From a virus (Duplodnaviria; Caudoviricetes), in the IMG/VR virus record IMGVR_UViG_3300032305_002440, positions 1 through 49,270 of that record: DNA of 49,270 bases; one strand, given 5' to 3'. Position numbers and translations under genes: made by a program. This document shows positions 1 through 9,623 of the stretch, piece by piece. The notes under the pieces were generated by a model. It saw nothing but the letters and a program-made list of their open reading frames with translations, was not told the origin of the DNA and made no database searches. Numbering within the stretch: the stretch's first letter is position 1; each line of letters starts with the position of its first letter.

Positions 1-49
1 ATAGAGATACTAGCATGGTAAATACCTACTATAAATTGGAGAATAAATA

Positions 50-256
50 ATGTCTAGACCTTTTACAGATATTTCAACTTCTAAATCTGCTAATCCTATT
101 AAAAATGGTTCGGCAGTACTATCTGCCACCGTAAGAGGATATTATTTAACATTAAACACCGACGTTAAAAATACTCCAACAATATCTGATATTCAAAGCA
201 AATACGGAAATCGCTTTTATAACGGAATATTAATTACTCAATTACCAGTTTCTTAA
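50..256 (+). CDS. hypothetical protein (68 aa)
   Basis: ORF with GGAGA RBS at about 38-42; same strand as neighbours. Confidence 0.6.
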   Translation: MSRPFTDISTSKSANPIKNGSAVLSATVRGYYLTLNTDVKNTPTISDIQSKYGNRFYNGILITQLPVS

Positions 257-298
257 TCGGCTAATACCCTTTGGTGTATAGTATATAAGAGGCATAAG

Positions 299-646
299 AT
301 GATTAAACCCGGCTATAAAACTAGTGAATTTTGGTTTACGCTTGTAAGTTTTTTATTTAGTGGGCTATATCTCATTGGTATCATAGGAGAGAGCAGCCAA
401 AAAGAAGATCTTATCCGTGATGTTAGTCATGGTGTTGAAAGCGCAATACTTATTGGTGGCCAACTAGCAATTCTATATAAATATATCAACAGCAGAAAAG
501 AAATCAAAAAAACTTGGTGGGACGGCGCAGACAAAAAAGAAAGAGAAATTGCAAATTCTATAAATGATGGGAGAAAATCAGATGTTAAAAAGCCAAGACC
601 TAATAAGGTCAGAAGTAGAAAAACTAATACTAAGCGCACAAAATAG
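299..646 (+). CDS. holin-like membrane protein
   Basis: N-terminal KPGYKTSEFW motif typical of small phage holin-like proteins; two hydrophobic segments; basic C-terminus. Confidence 0.5.
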   Translation: MIKPGYKTSEFWFTLVSFLFSGLYLIGIIGESSQKEDLIRDVSHGVESAILIGGQLAILYKYINSRKEIKKTWWDGADKKEREIANSINDGRKSDVKKPRPNKVRSRKTNTKRTK

Positions 647-983
647 CGCTCGTGTAGTTAAAAGTTTTGCAATAGGAGAAGCATGGAAAGTTCTACAGTT
701 AGCTACAGCATCTGTAATACAGATTATAGAAGCTATTGGCAATGATATTAGTAGTCCAGAGAAAAAAATACTAGCTATGGATTTATTGAATAAATTTTAC
801 GATAGAGTATTCGTAGTTGTTGACATTCCAGTAGTCCCTAATATATTAGAGCCAGTTATTCATAAATATCTTAAGGCTTTTCTTATGATCTTGGTAAGCG
901 CCTCCATAGACGCACTAGTTACAACCTTTAGAAACACTGGCATATTTTTGAAGAAGTCAAACACACAACCAACCATAGTTTAA
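582..983 (+). CDS. hypothetical protein
   Basis: ORF 564..983; ATG 582 preferred because GGAG lies at 569-572. Confidence 0.6.
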   Translation: MLKSQDLIRSEVEKLILSAQNSARVVKSFAIGEAWKVLQLATASVIQIIEAIGNDISSPEKKILAMDLLNKFYDRVFVVVDIPVVPNILEPVIHKYLKAFLMILVSASIDALVTTFRNTGIFLKKSNTQPTIV

Positions 984-1010
984 TTAAACATCAAGAAAGA
1001 GGATCATGAC

Positions 1011-1403
1011 ATGAATCTAAATTTAACACAGAGTTTTGAAGATTTTGCATCTAAGATGGGACCAATGGATTTGGCCTTATACGCAGGTGTTGCATTAGTT
1101 GTATGGGTTTTTTTTAAGGATAACATAGTATCAGTCGTATCACCAGCTGTAAAGGGCCTAAAAGAACTATTAAGTAAAAAATACTCTAATGACTCTGGTG
1201 TTTCAGTGCCAAAAATTGACCCAGTAGTTGTACCAAAAGTAGCAGCTAACGCAGAGAAAGACGAGACATTCTTTAAGTTAGTTGTGTCGTGGAAACAAAC
1301 CAGAGATCTAGCAGAACAAAGCGGTTGTGCAGAGGCAATCAAGGTTGCTGATCAAATGTTTCCATATCTAAGTCCTAATGTTTGCAAGAAGGAAGTATCA
1401 TGA
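1011..1403 (+). CDS. hypothetical membrane-anchored protein
   Basis: Single hydrophobic segment (LALYAGVALVVWVFF); GAGG RBS. Confidence 0.6.
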   Translation: MNLNLTQSFEDFASKMGPMDLALYAGVALVVWVFFKDNIVSVVSPAVKGLKELLSKKYSNDSGVSVPKIDPVVVPKVAANAEKDETFFKLVVSWKQTRDLAEQSGCAEAIKVADQMFPYLSPNVCKKEVS

Positions 1404-1891
1404 ACAATAAAATATTATTAGTTATTGCTGCAATTCTAGTATTGTTAGGATTATTTAAACCTAATTTATCTTTTCCTGTCTCTAATAATCAGCCTAGAAA
1501 TGTTCAAGTCTCTGTAGAAGAACCATCTTCACAAGAATTGAAAGATAAAGCACAAGAGGTTGTGAAAGCCATGGTTAATGGAAGTGAAGATAGAAAAGCA
1601 GACGGTATCAGATTAGCTAGTTTATATTCTGACATGGCAACTCTAATAGAACTAGACGGAGAAAATGAAGTAATAAAAAGTACAGAAGAGATCAGACAGG
1701 CCAACAAACTAGTTGGTCCAATGCTCAAACTGGACATTAAGGGCAAATATCCCGATCTTTCATCAACAGCAGAAAATTTAGTTGTAACAGCAATAGGCAA
1801 GGACAATGTTCTTCTCAACAAAGAACTCAGATCTGGAGCGGTTAATGGTTTCAAGGCTTTGGCCTGGGCTTGTAATGAAGGAAGCAAATAA
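1400..1891 (+). CDS. hypothetical exported or membrane-anchored protein
   Basis: ATG 1400 overlaps previous stop (ATGA); signal-like N-terminus MNNKILLVIAAILVLLGLF. Confidence 0.6.
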   Translation: MNNKILLVIAAILVLLGLFKPNLSFPVSNNQPRNVQVSVEEPSSQELKDKAQEVVKAMVNGSEDRKADGIRLASLYSDMATLIELDGENEVIKSTEEIRQANKLVGPMLKLDIKGKYPDLSSTAENLVVTAIGKDNVLLNKELRSGAVNGFKALAWACNEGSK

Positions 1892-2817
1892 TGGCAAAAT
1901 ATACTCCACAAGAATTATATAACAACTATAGAAAAGGTTTTAGCGGTTGCTTGTGGGAAGAACACGTTTTCAATCAGTTAATGGAGCACTCTAAGTATCC
2001 ATTGTTCGGAGATGCAAGTAAGAGAATTAAAAATTCTGGCAAAGGCAAACTTTCAGTACCGTACAAGAGTGTGTTAAAGTTTGAGAAGAACCCCTACAAT
2101 GAAAGACAAACCACAGGAGATTGTGTAAGCCACGGAACACGAAATGCTTGTGATGTTTCCAGAGCAGTAGAAATAGATGTTAAAAAAGAAAGAGAAGCTT
2201 GGATAACCAGAGGTGCTACAGAAGCTATTTACGGAGCAAGAGGCCACGGTGGACAAGGAATGAGTTGTGCGAGAGCGGCGGATTTTGTTAGTAAAAATGG
2301 TGGAATTATACTAAGACAAAATTATCCCGGAGTGGCTGACTTCAGTAAATATAATGGCAATCTAGGAGCCGGTTGGGGTGCCAGAAGCTTGCCAGATAAA
2401 GTTATTGATTTAGCAAACGATCATCAGATAAAAACAGTGAGTTTAATTAGAACCATAGAAGAAGCTAGAGATGCGTTAACCAATGGTTATGGAATAGCCG
2501 TATGTTCTAATTATGGATTTTCTAACAAGAGAGATAAAAAGGGAATAGCTAATGTAAGCGGAAACTGGGCTCATTGCATGGCCTGGATAGCCTGTGATGA
2601 TACTGGTAATGAGCCGTTATTTTTAGTGCAAAATAGTTGGGGTAAATGGAATGATGGAGGACATCCTGAGTGGGGTACTATCCCAGACGGATCATTCCTA
2701 ATTAGATCTGACGCGGCAGCAGGGATGCTTTCTCAAAATGGTTCATATGCGTTTAGCAATTTTGACGGTTTCCCTGTACAAAAACTACCAGATTATGGAT
2801 TCGGAGAATACCTATGA
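1891..2817 (+). CDS. papain-like (C1-type) cysteine peptidase
   Basis: QTTGDCVSHG (oxyanion Gln and catalytic Cys), WAHCM (His), VQNSWGKW (Asn). Confidence 0.8.
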   Translation: MAKYTPQELYNNYRKGFSGCLWEEHVFNQLMEHSKYPLFGDASKRIKNSGKGKLSVPYKSVLKFEKNPYNERQTTGDCVSHGTRNACDVSRAVEIDVKKEREAWITRGATEAIYGARGHGGQGMSCARAADFVSKNGGIILRQNYPGVADFSKYNGNLGAGWGARSLPDKVIDLANDHQIKTVSLIRTIEEARDALTNGYGIAVCSNYGFSNKRDKKGIANVSGNWAHCMAWIACDDTGNEPLFLVQNSWGKWNDGGHPEWGTIPDGSFLIRSDAAAGMLSQNGSYAFSNFDGFPVQKLPDYGFGEYL

Positions 2818-2993
2818 GACTCTTAGACAGAATAGCACTTAATCAATTAGTTTCTAGACTCTTTGATTTAATATTGACAATAGCCAAAATGTTTGCACCT
2901 AAGAAGAATGATGAAACACCAGCACCATCTAAGCCAAAGAAAAGAAGAAGAATATTTCCCAATCTTAATATAGGAGAGAGTACAGATGAATAA
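2814..2993 (+). CDS. small hypothetical protein (59 aa), absent from the ORF track
   Basis: ATG 2814 overlaps peptidase stop (ATGA); reads MRLLDRIALNQLVSRLFDLILTIAKMFAPKK...GESTDE; stop overlaps next start. Confidence 0.7.
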   Translation: MRLLDRIALNQLVSRLFDLILTIAKMFAPKKNDETPAPSKPKKRRRIFPNLNIGESTDE

Positions 2994-3306
2994 ATTCGTT
3001 TGTCTTTGTCTATTATCTTCTACAATAGCGTTTGGAGCATATGGGTACAACGGAAGTACAACATCAGCAGTAACTCTTGTTGGTGGAATTATTAAAGCTC
3101 AACATATGGAAGTAACAAAAAAATACAATAGAAAAGACTGTCCAGTATGCAAAGGTAAAGGATGGTATATTAGTGGAGATGGAATTCAGAAAGTAGATTG
3201 CGGCTATTGTGAACCAACAAAAGAAGCAAAAGCTGTATGTGAAAAAGAATGTACTAAAAACCTCAACAGTAATAAAAAAATAACATACAAGGCACATCAT
3301 GAATAA
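2986..3306 (+). CDS. signal-peptide protein with DnaJ-like Zn-finger motif
   Basis: Signal-like N-terminus; CPVCKGKG...CGYC; AGGAG RBS. Confidence 0.6.
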   Translation: MNKFVCLCLLSSTIAFGAYGYNGSTTSAVTLVGGIIKAQHMEVTKKYNRKDCPVCKGKGWYISGDGIQKVDCGYCEPTKEAKAVCEKECTKNLNSNKKITYKAHHE

Positions 3307-3691
3307 TGAAAAATTAAAGACGATTGCCGGCAAGGTTTTAAATAAAGCCGGTGTCTCTCAAGATGAAGAATTCGGTAGTGTCATTGCAATATTGATGATG
3401 ATAAGTATCATATTAACAGTAGTCAGAGTTTTACAAGAATGCAATAAAAGTAAACTCACTGCTCAGTCTACAGCACAAGATAAATATGCGATATATGGAG
3501 AGCAACTGCATACTCTCAGCCAGCGCAGAGGTTGGCTTACTAAAATGCGCATCAAAAAATTATTGCGCAGAGAACTTTCATCTCAACAGTATCAACAATA
3601 TAGTTTTCAACTTTTAAATGCTTTGTTAGATATAGGAGCAAACCTCACGGATGATGAAGTTCAAACCTTAGTGGAGGCAGCAAATGTTTAA
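3299..3691 (+). CDS. hypothetical membrane protein
   Basis: One hydrophobic segment (VIAILMMISIILTVV); overlaps both neighbours. Confidence 0.6.
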   Translation: MNNEKLKTIAGKVLNKAGVSQDEEFGSVIAILMMISIILTVVRVLQECNKSKLTAQSTAQDKYAIYGEQLHTLSQRRGWLTKMRIKKLLRRELSSQQYQQYSFQLLNALLDIGANLTDDEVQTLVEAANV

Positions 3692-3935
3692 TCTATTGAT
3701 CTGGTGTGTATATGGTGTTTTGGTTGGGTCTATAGCAAAATCTATAGTACCAGGAGAAGAAAGATTTGGTTTCCTTCAAACTATAGCTCTAGGAGTTGTT
3801 GGCTCCTATACTGGAGGTGCGATATTGTATCTACTAGGACAATACTCTGCTCTGTCTCCAGCTGGCATATTAATGGGCATAGTGGGTTCAGTAGTGGCTC
3901 TGGTGGTATATAACAAAATTACAACCAGCAAGTAA
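3684..3935 (+). CDS. GlsB/YeaQ/YmgE (transglycosylase-associated) family membrane protein
   Basis: 83 aa, three hydrophobic segments, G..AK.I.PG...G...TI.LG.VGS..GG pattern. Confidence 0.75.
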   Translation: MFNLLIWCVYGVLVGSIAKSIVPGEERFGFLQTIALGVVGSYTGGAILYLLGQYSALSPAGILMGIVGSVVALVVYNKITTSK

Positions 3936-3943
3936 TCCAACGC

Positions 3944-3972
3944 TTGACTTACTCCTCTCTGAGTGTTAGAAT
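3944..3972 (+). promoter_or_regulatory. sigma70-type promoter upstream of nucleotide metabolism genes
   Basis: TTGACT (3944-3949), 17-nt spacer, TAGAAT (3967-3972), extended -10 TG at 3964-3965; intergenic. Confidence 0.7.
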
Positions 3973-3995
3973 AGTCTATAATTCAAGAGGATGAA

Positions 3996-4463
3996 ATGAG
4001 ACCAACCTGGACGGACTATTTTTTAGGACTCGCTAAAGTTATTTCTCAGCGCAGTCACGATATTCACACACAACACGGTTGTGTTATCACAGATAAAAAG
4101 CAGCGTATTCTAGGGGTTGGTTATAATGGATTCCCCAGGAATATGCCAGATGATATCTTGCCAACTAACAGACCAGAGAAATATAGATGGATGATCCATG
4201 CAGAACGCAATGCTCTTAGTAATTGTGTTGTGAGGCCAGATAGTGGAACAGCCTATGTTTCTGGTCAATGTTGTAATGATTGTATAATGGCTCTATGGCA
4301 AGAAGGAATAGACACAGTTGTTATGTCCAATAATCATGGAACAATTTTGTTTGACGAAACTGAACAAAAAATATTTGATACATTTACGACCAATAGCGGT
4401 ATAAAAATTATCCGAGTTGATCCGGATCTTTCTTGGGTTAAGAATTTGTGTGGTGTATTGTAA
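3996..4463 (+). CDS. dCMP deaminase
   Basis: GYNGFPR, HAERNA and CCNDC zinc-binding motifs. Confidence 0.85.
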   Translation: MRPTWTDYFLGLAKVISQRSHDIHTQHGCVITDKKQRILGVGYNGFPRNMPDDILPTNRPEKYRWMIHAERNALSNCVVRPDSGTAYVSGQCCNDCIMALWQEGIDTVVMSNNHGTILFDETEQKIFDTFTTNSGIKIIRVDPDLSWVKNLCGVL

Positions 4464-4587
4464 TATACAATGATAAAATTTATTACTATTATCTTCGGTG
4501 ACATTAAAAATGACATCATACAACTCTACTCTATAACAGTCACCAATCTTTCATTCAAATAGATTATTTTAAGTACAAGGAGAACGT

Positions 4588-6780
4588 ATGTCGGCCCTAC
4601 AAGAATTGCAGAATTATACTTTTGTTAGTAAGTACGCGAGATGGTTAGAAGATAAAAATCGCAGAGAAACTTGGAAAGAGGCGGTAGAGAGAGTAAAAAG
4701 TATGATGCATATCATGTATGCTGACAAAGGTATCTCAGAAGAGATTGACTGGGCATACGACATGATGTATAAGAGACGTGTTCTCGGTAGTCAAAGAGCT
4801 TTACAGTTTGGTGGAGACCCTATCTTAAAAAGACATGCAAAGATTTATAATTGTACTAGTTCTTATTGTGATAGATTACGTTTTTTCCAGGAATGTTTTT
4901 GGCTACTTCTATGTGGGAGTGGTACAGGATTTAGTGTTCAAAAGCATCATGTATCCAAGCTACCATCTCTAGAACATACTCCTGATCCCGACATAGCTAC
5001 CAAATATCTTATAGACGATAGTATTGAAGGATGGGCTGATGCTTTAGGTGTTTTACTAAGCTCATATTTTAGCAAACCAGTGGAAGATTTTAAACAATAC
5101 AAGAACTGCCACATTGTTTTTGACTATTCCAATATTAGAGTAAAGGGCTCTTCATTAGCCAGCGGTGTTGGCAAAGCTCCAGGATATGAGCCACTAGCTA
5201 ATGGTCTAGAAAAAATTAGAGCAGTATTAGATCGTTGTCTTGCTAATGGACAAAAGAAACTTAGACCAATTGATGCTTATGATATTATCATGCATAGCAG
5301 TGATGCGGTTCTTTCTGGTGGTGTTCGCAGGAGTGCCTCTTTAGCATTATTTAGTCCAGATGACGAAGAAATGGCTAAAGCCAAAACCGGCAATTGGTAC
5401 ATTGATAATCCTCAGAGAGCAAGGAGTAATAATTCAGCACTCCTTCTAAAAGATAAAACAACTTTCGAGGAATTTAACACCCTCATGGAATCTGTAAAGG
5501 AGTTTGGAGAGCCTGGATTTATATGGAGCGAATCAACTGAGATGATTTTTAATCCTTGTGTTGAAATAGGAATGTGGCCTATTGATGAAACTAGTGGCAA
5601 AAGTGGATGGCAAGGATGTAATCTATCTACAATCAATTGTTCTAGCGTCACAGATGAAGAAGATTTTTATGAAAGATGTAGAGCTGCATCTATTATTGGA
5701 ACTTTACAGGCTGGCTTTACAAAACTAAATTATTTAGGATCTATTAGTGAAAAGATCTTTGATAGAGAAGCTCTACTGGGCGTATCTTTGACCGGAACTA
5801 TGGAAAAGCATGATCTTGTTCTAACAGAAAAGGTCTTAAAAAACGGAGCTAAAATAGCCGTAGAAACAAACAAGGAATTGGCTAAAAAGATTAATATTAA
5901 CCAAGCAGCCAGAGTAACATGCTTAAAGCCCGAAGGTACTTCTTCTAGTATGCTAGGAACCAGTTCTGGTATTCATCCTCATCACGCTAAGAGATACATA
6001 AGGCACGTTCAAGCAAATATTCTAGAAGCACCATATCTACACTTTAAGAAAACTAATCCGCAAGCCTGTGAAAAATCCTCATGGTCTGCGAACAACACCG
6101 ATGAGGTTATTAAGTTTCCTATTGAAGTTCCAGATGGAGCTAAATTAAAGAATCAGCTACCAGCTATAGAAATGCTAGATGTTGTAAAGGACACACAAAA
6201 GAATTGGGTTCAATCTGGCAAAAATAAAAGCCTATGCACTCAAGAATATCTTAGTCACAATGTGAGCAATACTGTAACAGTAAAACCAGACGAGTGGGAC
6301 CAAGTTACCAAGTTCATCTATGACAATAGAAAGTATTTTGCTGGTATTAGTCTTATACCTCAAAGCGGAGACAAGGATTATACTCAAGCACCATTTACAA
6401 CAGTATATACAAGTAGAGAGATAGTTAAAGAATACGGAGATGCTGCTTTGTGGTGCTCTGGATTAATTGAGCTAGCACTAGATGCTTTTGATAATAATCT
6501 ATGGGCAGCCTGCGACTATGTATCAATGAACCAGTCTAAAGAAAATGATGATGAACGTAAACTTAAACTGGTTACAAAAATAAAAAACTTTGCTGGCAAA
6601 TATTTCGATGGTGATGTCAAGAGATTGACTTACTGCATGAAGGATGTCTATAATTGGAAGATATATTGCGATCTATTCAATAGCTTTAAGAAAGTTGATT
6701 ACACACAACTATCAGAAACAGAGGACAATACGACTGGTATAGAGGAAATTAGTTGTGCCGGTGGCGCGTGTCTAATTTAA
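4588..6780 (+). CDS. nrdJ: class II (adenosylcobalamin-dependent) ribonucleotide reductase
   Basis: KYAR...RRETW, YNC, GGVRRSA, RARSNNS, NPCVEI, CNL, KPEGTSS, C-terminal CAGGAC; no beta subunit adjacent. Confidence 0.85.
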   Translation: MSALQELQNYTFVSKYARWLEDKNRRETWKEAVERVKSMMHIMYADKGISEEIDWAYDMMYKRRVLGSQRALQFGGDPILKRHAKIYNCTSSYCDRLRFFQECFWLLLCGSGTGFSVQKHHVSKLPSLEHTPDPDIATKYLIDDSIEGWADALGVLLSSYFSKPVEDFKQYKNCHIVFDYSNIRVKGSSLASGVGKAPGYEPLANGLEKIRAVLDRCLANGQKKLRPIDAYDIIMHSSDAVLSGGVRRSASLALFSPDDEEMAKAKTGNWYIDNPQRARSNNSALLLKDKTTFEEFNTLMESVKEFGEPGFIWSESTEMIFNPCVEIGMWPIDETSGKSGWQGCNLSTINCSSVTDEEDFYERCRAASIIGTLQAGFTKLNYLGSISEKIFDREALLGVSLTGTMEKHDLVLTEKVLKNGAKIAVETNKELAKKININQAARVTCLKPEGTSSSMLGTSSGIHPHHAKRYIRHVQANILEAPYLHFKKTNPQACEKSSWSANNTDEVIKFPIEVPDGAKLKNQLPAIEMLDVVKDTQKNWVQSGKNKSLCTQEYLSHNVSNTVTVKPDEWDQVTKFIYDNRKYFAGISLIPQSGDKDYTQAPFTTVYTSREIVKEYGDAALWCSGLIELALDAFDNNLWAACDYVSMNQSKENDDERKLKLVTKIKNFAGKYFDGDVKRLTYCMKDVYNWKIYCDLFNSFKKVDYTQLSETEDNTTGIEEISCAGGACLI

Positions 6781-6805
6781 ACTCTAATATATAAAAGGGT
6801 CAACA

Positions 6806-7537
6806 TTGAGAAAAAACTCTAAAAAGAAGAATAAAAGTATTGACTTAACAAATAATCTAGCACCAGCTACGCCATATAGTAGCTTTAAAAATAGATTAAA
6901 GCCAAGAACAGAGAATCAAAAAAACTATATTAGAACTGTTGCAGAGAGTAGTATAACCTTTTGTCAAGGATTAGCCGGAAGCGGTAAAACGCATATAGCT
7001 ATTGGTATGGCGTTAGAGTATCTATTAGACGAAAAAATTAAAAAGATTATCATAACCAGACCCGTTTTAGAAGCTGGAGAAAAAATAGGTTATTTACCAG
7101 GAACAGCAGAAGAAAAATTACACCCTTATCTTTTGCCCATCCTAGATGAAATCAATCATTTTATATCTCCTGCATTATATGCTAGTTTAAAACTTAACAA
7201 TAAAATAGAAGTAGTACCATTAGGATTAATGAGAGGGCGAAACTTTCACGAAAGCTTTATTGTTGCAGACGAATGTCAGAATGCATCTTATGATCAGTTA
7301 AAAATGTTACTAACTCGTATTGGACGAGACAGTAAAATGGTTTTAACTGGAGATATAGGGCAGTCTGATTTGTCTAGACACATGCGTGGTGGCTTTTTGC
7401 AAATGATAAGTTCTCTGGAAGGAATAAATAACATAGGATTTTCTGTTCTAGAATCTGTTGACATAGTCAGAAATCCGATTATAGCAGCAATTATTTCTAG
7501 ATTAGAATCTTATGAGAAACAAAACGAACCATCGTAG
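6806..7537 (+). CDS. phoH: PhoH-family ATPase
   Basis: GLAGSGKT, ITRP, GYLPG, MRGRNF, DECQN, TRIG, GDIGQSD, VRNP. Confidence 0.92.
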   Translation: MRKNSKKKNKSIDLTNNLAPATPYSSFKNRLKPRTENQKNYIRTVAESSITFCQGLAGSGKTHIAIGMALEYLLDEKIKKIIITRPVLEAGEKIGYLPGTAEEKLHPYLLPILDEINHFISPALYASLKLNNKIEVVPLGLMRGRNFHESFIVADECQNASYDQLKMLLTRIGRDSKMVLTGDIGQSDLSRHMRGGFLQMISSLEGINNIGFSVLESVDIVRNPIIAAIISRLESYEKQNEPS

Positions 7538-8117
7538 GTGTTTACTACTAAATGCTGATTTTTCTCCACTTCGTATTATCTCATGGCAAAGGGCCATTGT
7601 ATGGTCTTTAAAGTATGAGACTGATACTAAGTACTCTATTGAAATTTTAGCACACTATAATGATGACTTTATTAAATGCTCTGGGGACAAAGAGTATCCA
7701 ATACCAGCAGTAGCAAAAACTAGTCACTACTTTGATGTGTATAAAAGAAACATAAATTTCTCTAGAAAGAATCTATTTATTAGAGATAATTTTACATGTC
7801 AATATTGTGGAATTCAATATTGTGGTAATCAATTAACATATGATCATGTGATACCAAAGTCTAGACATATAGGAAATAAAAAGAACTCGACAAACTGGAC
7901 AAACATAGTAACAGCCTGTGTAAAATGCAACTCTAAAAAAGCCAATAAAACACCGGAAGAAGCTAATATGGCTTTATTAAAAGAGCCTATACAGCCTAGA
8001 TATTCTACAGCGTACTTGCCATGGCATAAAGACCTAATTACTATAGATATGTCAAACACATCGTACTCAGAGTGGGAGCCCTTTATAGGACATCTTAAAA
8101 ATGAAAATAGATATTAA
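7512..8117 (+). CDS. HNH endonuclease
   Basis: CLLLNADF, RDNFTCQYCG, TYDHVIPKS, WTNIVTACVKCNSKK. Confidence 0.9.
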   Translation: MRNKTNHRRCLLLNADFSPLRIISWQRAIVWSLKYETDTKYSIEILAHYNDDFIKCSGDKEYPIPAVAKTSHYFDVYKRNINFSRKNLFIRDNFTCQYCGIQYCGNQLTYDHVIPKSRHIGNKKNSTNWTNIVTACVKCNSKKANKTPEEANMALLKEPIQPRYSTAYLPWHKDLITIDMSNTSYSEWEPFIGHLKNENRY

Positions 8118-8508
8118 TGATTTCAACATCAACCATAAGTCTGCCGACACATATTATTTTACCACATCGGATTATGGGGATTTTGTAGACGATGATAGTA
8201 ATGCTCAAACACTAAAAGAAAATGATAAAACATATGCCAAAAAGATAAAAAATAAACTATCAAGGAATATGTCTGATCCAGAAAATTTTGCTTTCTTTAT
8301 CAAGGCAGAACCCAATAAAAAATTATATGATCCATTTACTATACACTCAGCTATTAAAGATAAGAAACCTTTCGATTCAGTGAATAAGGTATGTAAAACT
8401 ACAAGTGCTTTTATACAAGTACCAGAACATATCTTTGATCAGTATGTTTCTTTTCTGAGGACGAATAATAGAAAACTATTTATCAAAACACAGAGGGAGA
8501 TTGGTTAA
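8101..8508 (+). CDS. hypothetical protein, probable paralogue of 9231..9623
   Basis: Shared motifs YAKK, FFIK, YDPF, IFDQYVSFL, QRE. Confidence 0.6.
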   Translation: MKIDINDFNINHKSADTYYFTTSDYGDFVDDDSNAQTLKENDKTYAKKIKNKLSRNMSDPENFAFFIKAEPNKKLYDPFTIHSAIKDKKPFDSVNKVCKTTSAFIQVPEHIFDQYVSFLRTNNRKLFIKTQREIG

Positions 8509-8852
8509 TGCCTAGTTATACTTTTTTGTGCATCGAGTGTAAGAAAAAATTTGAGACCTTTCTGACCTTTTCTCAATACTCTGACAAACAAAAATGCCCG
8601 CTGTGCAGCAGTGCTAATACACAAAGGTCTTATTCTGATGATCTATCTACGATCTCTGGCTCAGTTGTAAAGTCTGACGGAGAACTTAAGCTAGGAGATC
8701 TCGCTAATAGAAACAGAGATAGACTAAGTCAAGACGAAAAAGACCATCTATATAATAAGCACAATTCATACAAAGACCAAGACCTTGTGAAATCATTGCC
8801 AAAAGGAATGAAAAGACTTAAAAAACAACCTAAAATAGAGTGGCCAAAATGA
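8508..8852 (+). CDS. FmdB-family zinc-ribbon protein
   Basis: MPSYTFLCIEC...FE...CPLCSS pattern. Confidence 0.8.
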   Translation: MPSYTFLCIECKKKFETFLTFSQYSDKQKCPLCSSANTQRSYSDDLSTISGSVVKSDGELKLGDLANRNRDRLSQDEKDHLYNKHNSYKDQDLVKSLPKGMKRLKKQPKIEWPK

Positions 8853-9238
8853 CAGAAGAAACTAATGAAAATAATGTAAACTATGAGGATTTGGTAGAAC
8901 GATTAAAGCAGATGCACCCTGATGACATTAGGGACGCATTAGATATTCCGTCCTCGCAATATGATGAGCTATTTGAAGATCAACAAAAATTAACAACAGC
9001 CCCACATGAAATCTTAATTAAGATTAATGCGAATGTTCTAGAACAAAACGAAAAAGGCGAGTATATTGGATCTAAGGGGATGTTTGAACAAAATTACCAT
9101 ATACCTGTGCCAACCGGGACACTCTATACTAATTACGTTGATGCGTTTTTCGGCTTTGCCAAACAGGCGCTGATCGATACTATAAGCAAGACGGAAACAG
9201 AGACCAGCACAACAACAGAGAACACAAAAGATGCATGA
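8849..9238 (+). CDS. hypothetical protein
   Basis: ATG 8849 overlaps upstream stop (ATGA); acidic protein. Confidence 0.6.
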   Translation: MTEETNENNVNYEDLVERLKQMHPDDIRDALDIPSSQYDELFEDQQKLTTAPHEILIKINANVLEQNEKGEYIGSKGMFEQNYHIPVPTGTLYTNYVDAFFGFAKQALIDTISKTETETSTTTENTKDA

Positions 9239-9623
9239 AGATTTATCAAATGCGATATTCTCAATTGATCGCAGCAGAGAAAATAATGCAAAGAATGTTT
9301 TTTATACAACATCAAAATATTCTAAGCATACAGATTCTAATAACAATAGCGTAATGGAAAAAGACTCCGAATCTGTCTTTGCTAAAAAATTACACTTACA
9401 GGGAAGATGGAAGTTTTTTATTAGAATAGACGAGAACAATATGACATATAATCCATATAATATATATGGCAACTATAGTCCTAAAAAGAATCTTATAAAT
9501 AAGCCAAGCGAACAACAGATTAAGTTCAAAGAAACTAGTCATAGTATATTTGAAATGTATCTATTATTTTTACAGAACCAGAATATGTCGATCTATAACA
9601 ATGTTAATAGGGAGCTAGTGTAA
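9231..9623 (+). CDS. hypothetical protein, probable paralogue of 8101..8508
   Basis: FAKK, FFIR, YNPY, IFEMYLLFL, NRE. Confidence 0.6.
   Translation: MHEDLSNAIFSIDRSRENNAKNVFYTTSKYSKHTDSNNNSVMEKDSESVFAKKLHLQGRWKFFIRIDENNMTYNPYNIYGNYSPKKNLINKPSEQQIKFKETSHSIFEMYLLFLQNQNMSIYNNVNRELV

Noticed and set aside
272-288. GGTGTATAGTATATA as a phage late-promoter motif
   Set aside because: Plausible intergenic position, but I found only one such instance in the window, so it cannot be supported.
4470-4562. 30-codon ORF between dCMP deaminase and nrdJ
   Set aside because: No SD and no recognisable motif; too short to support.
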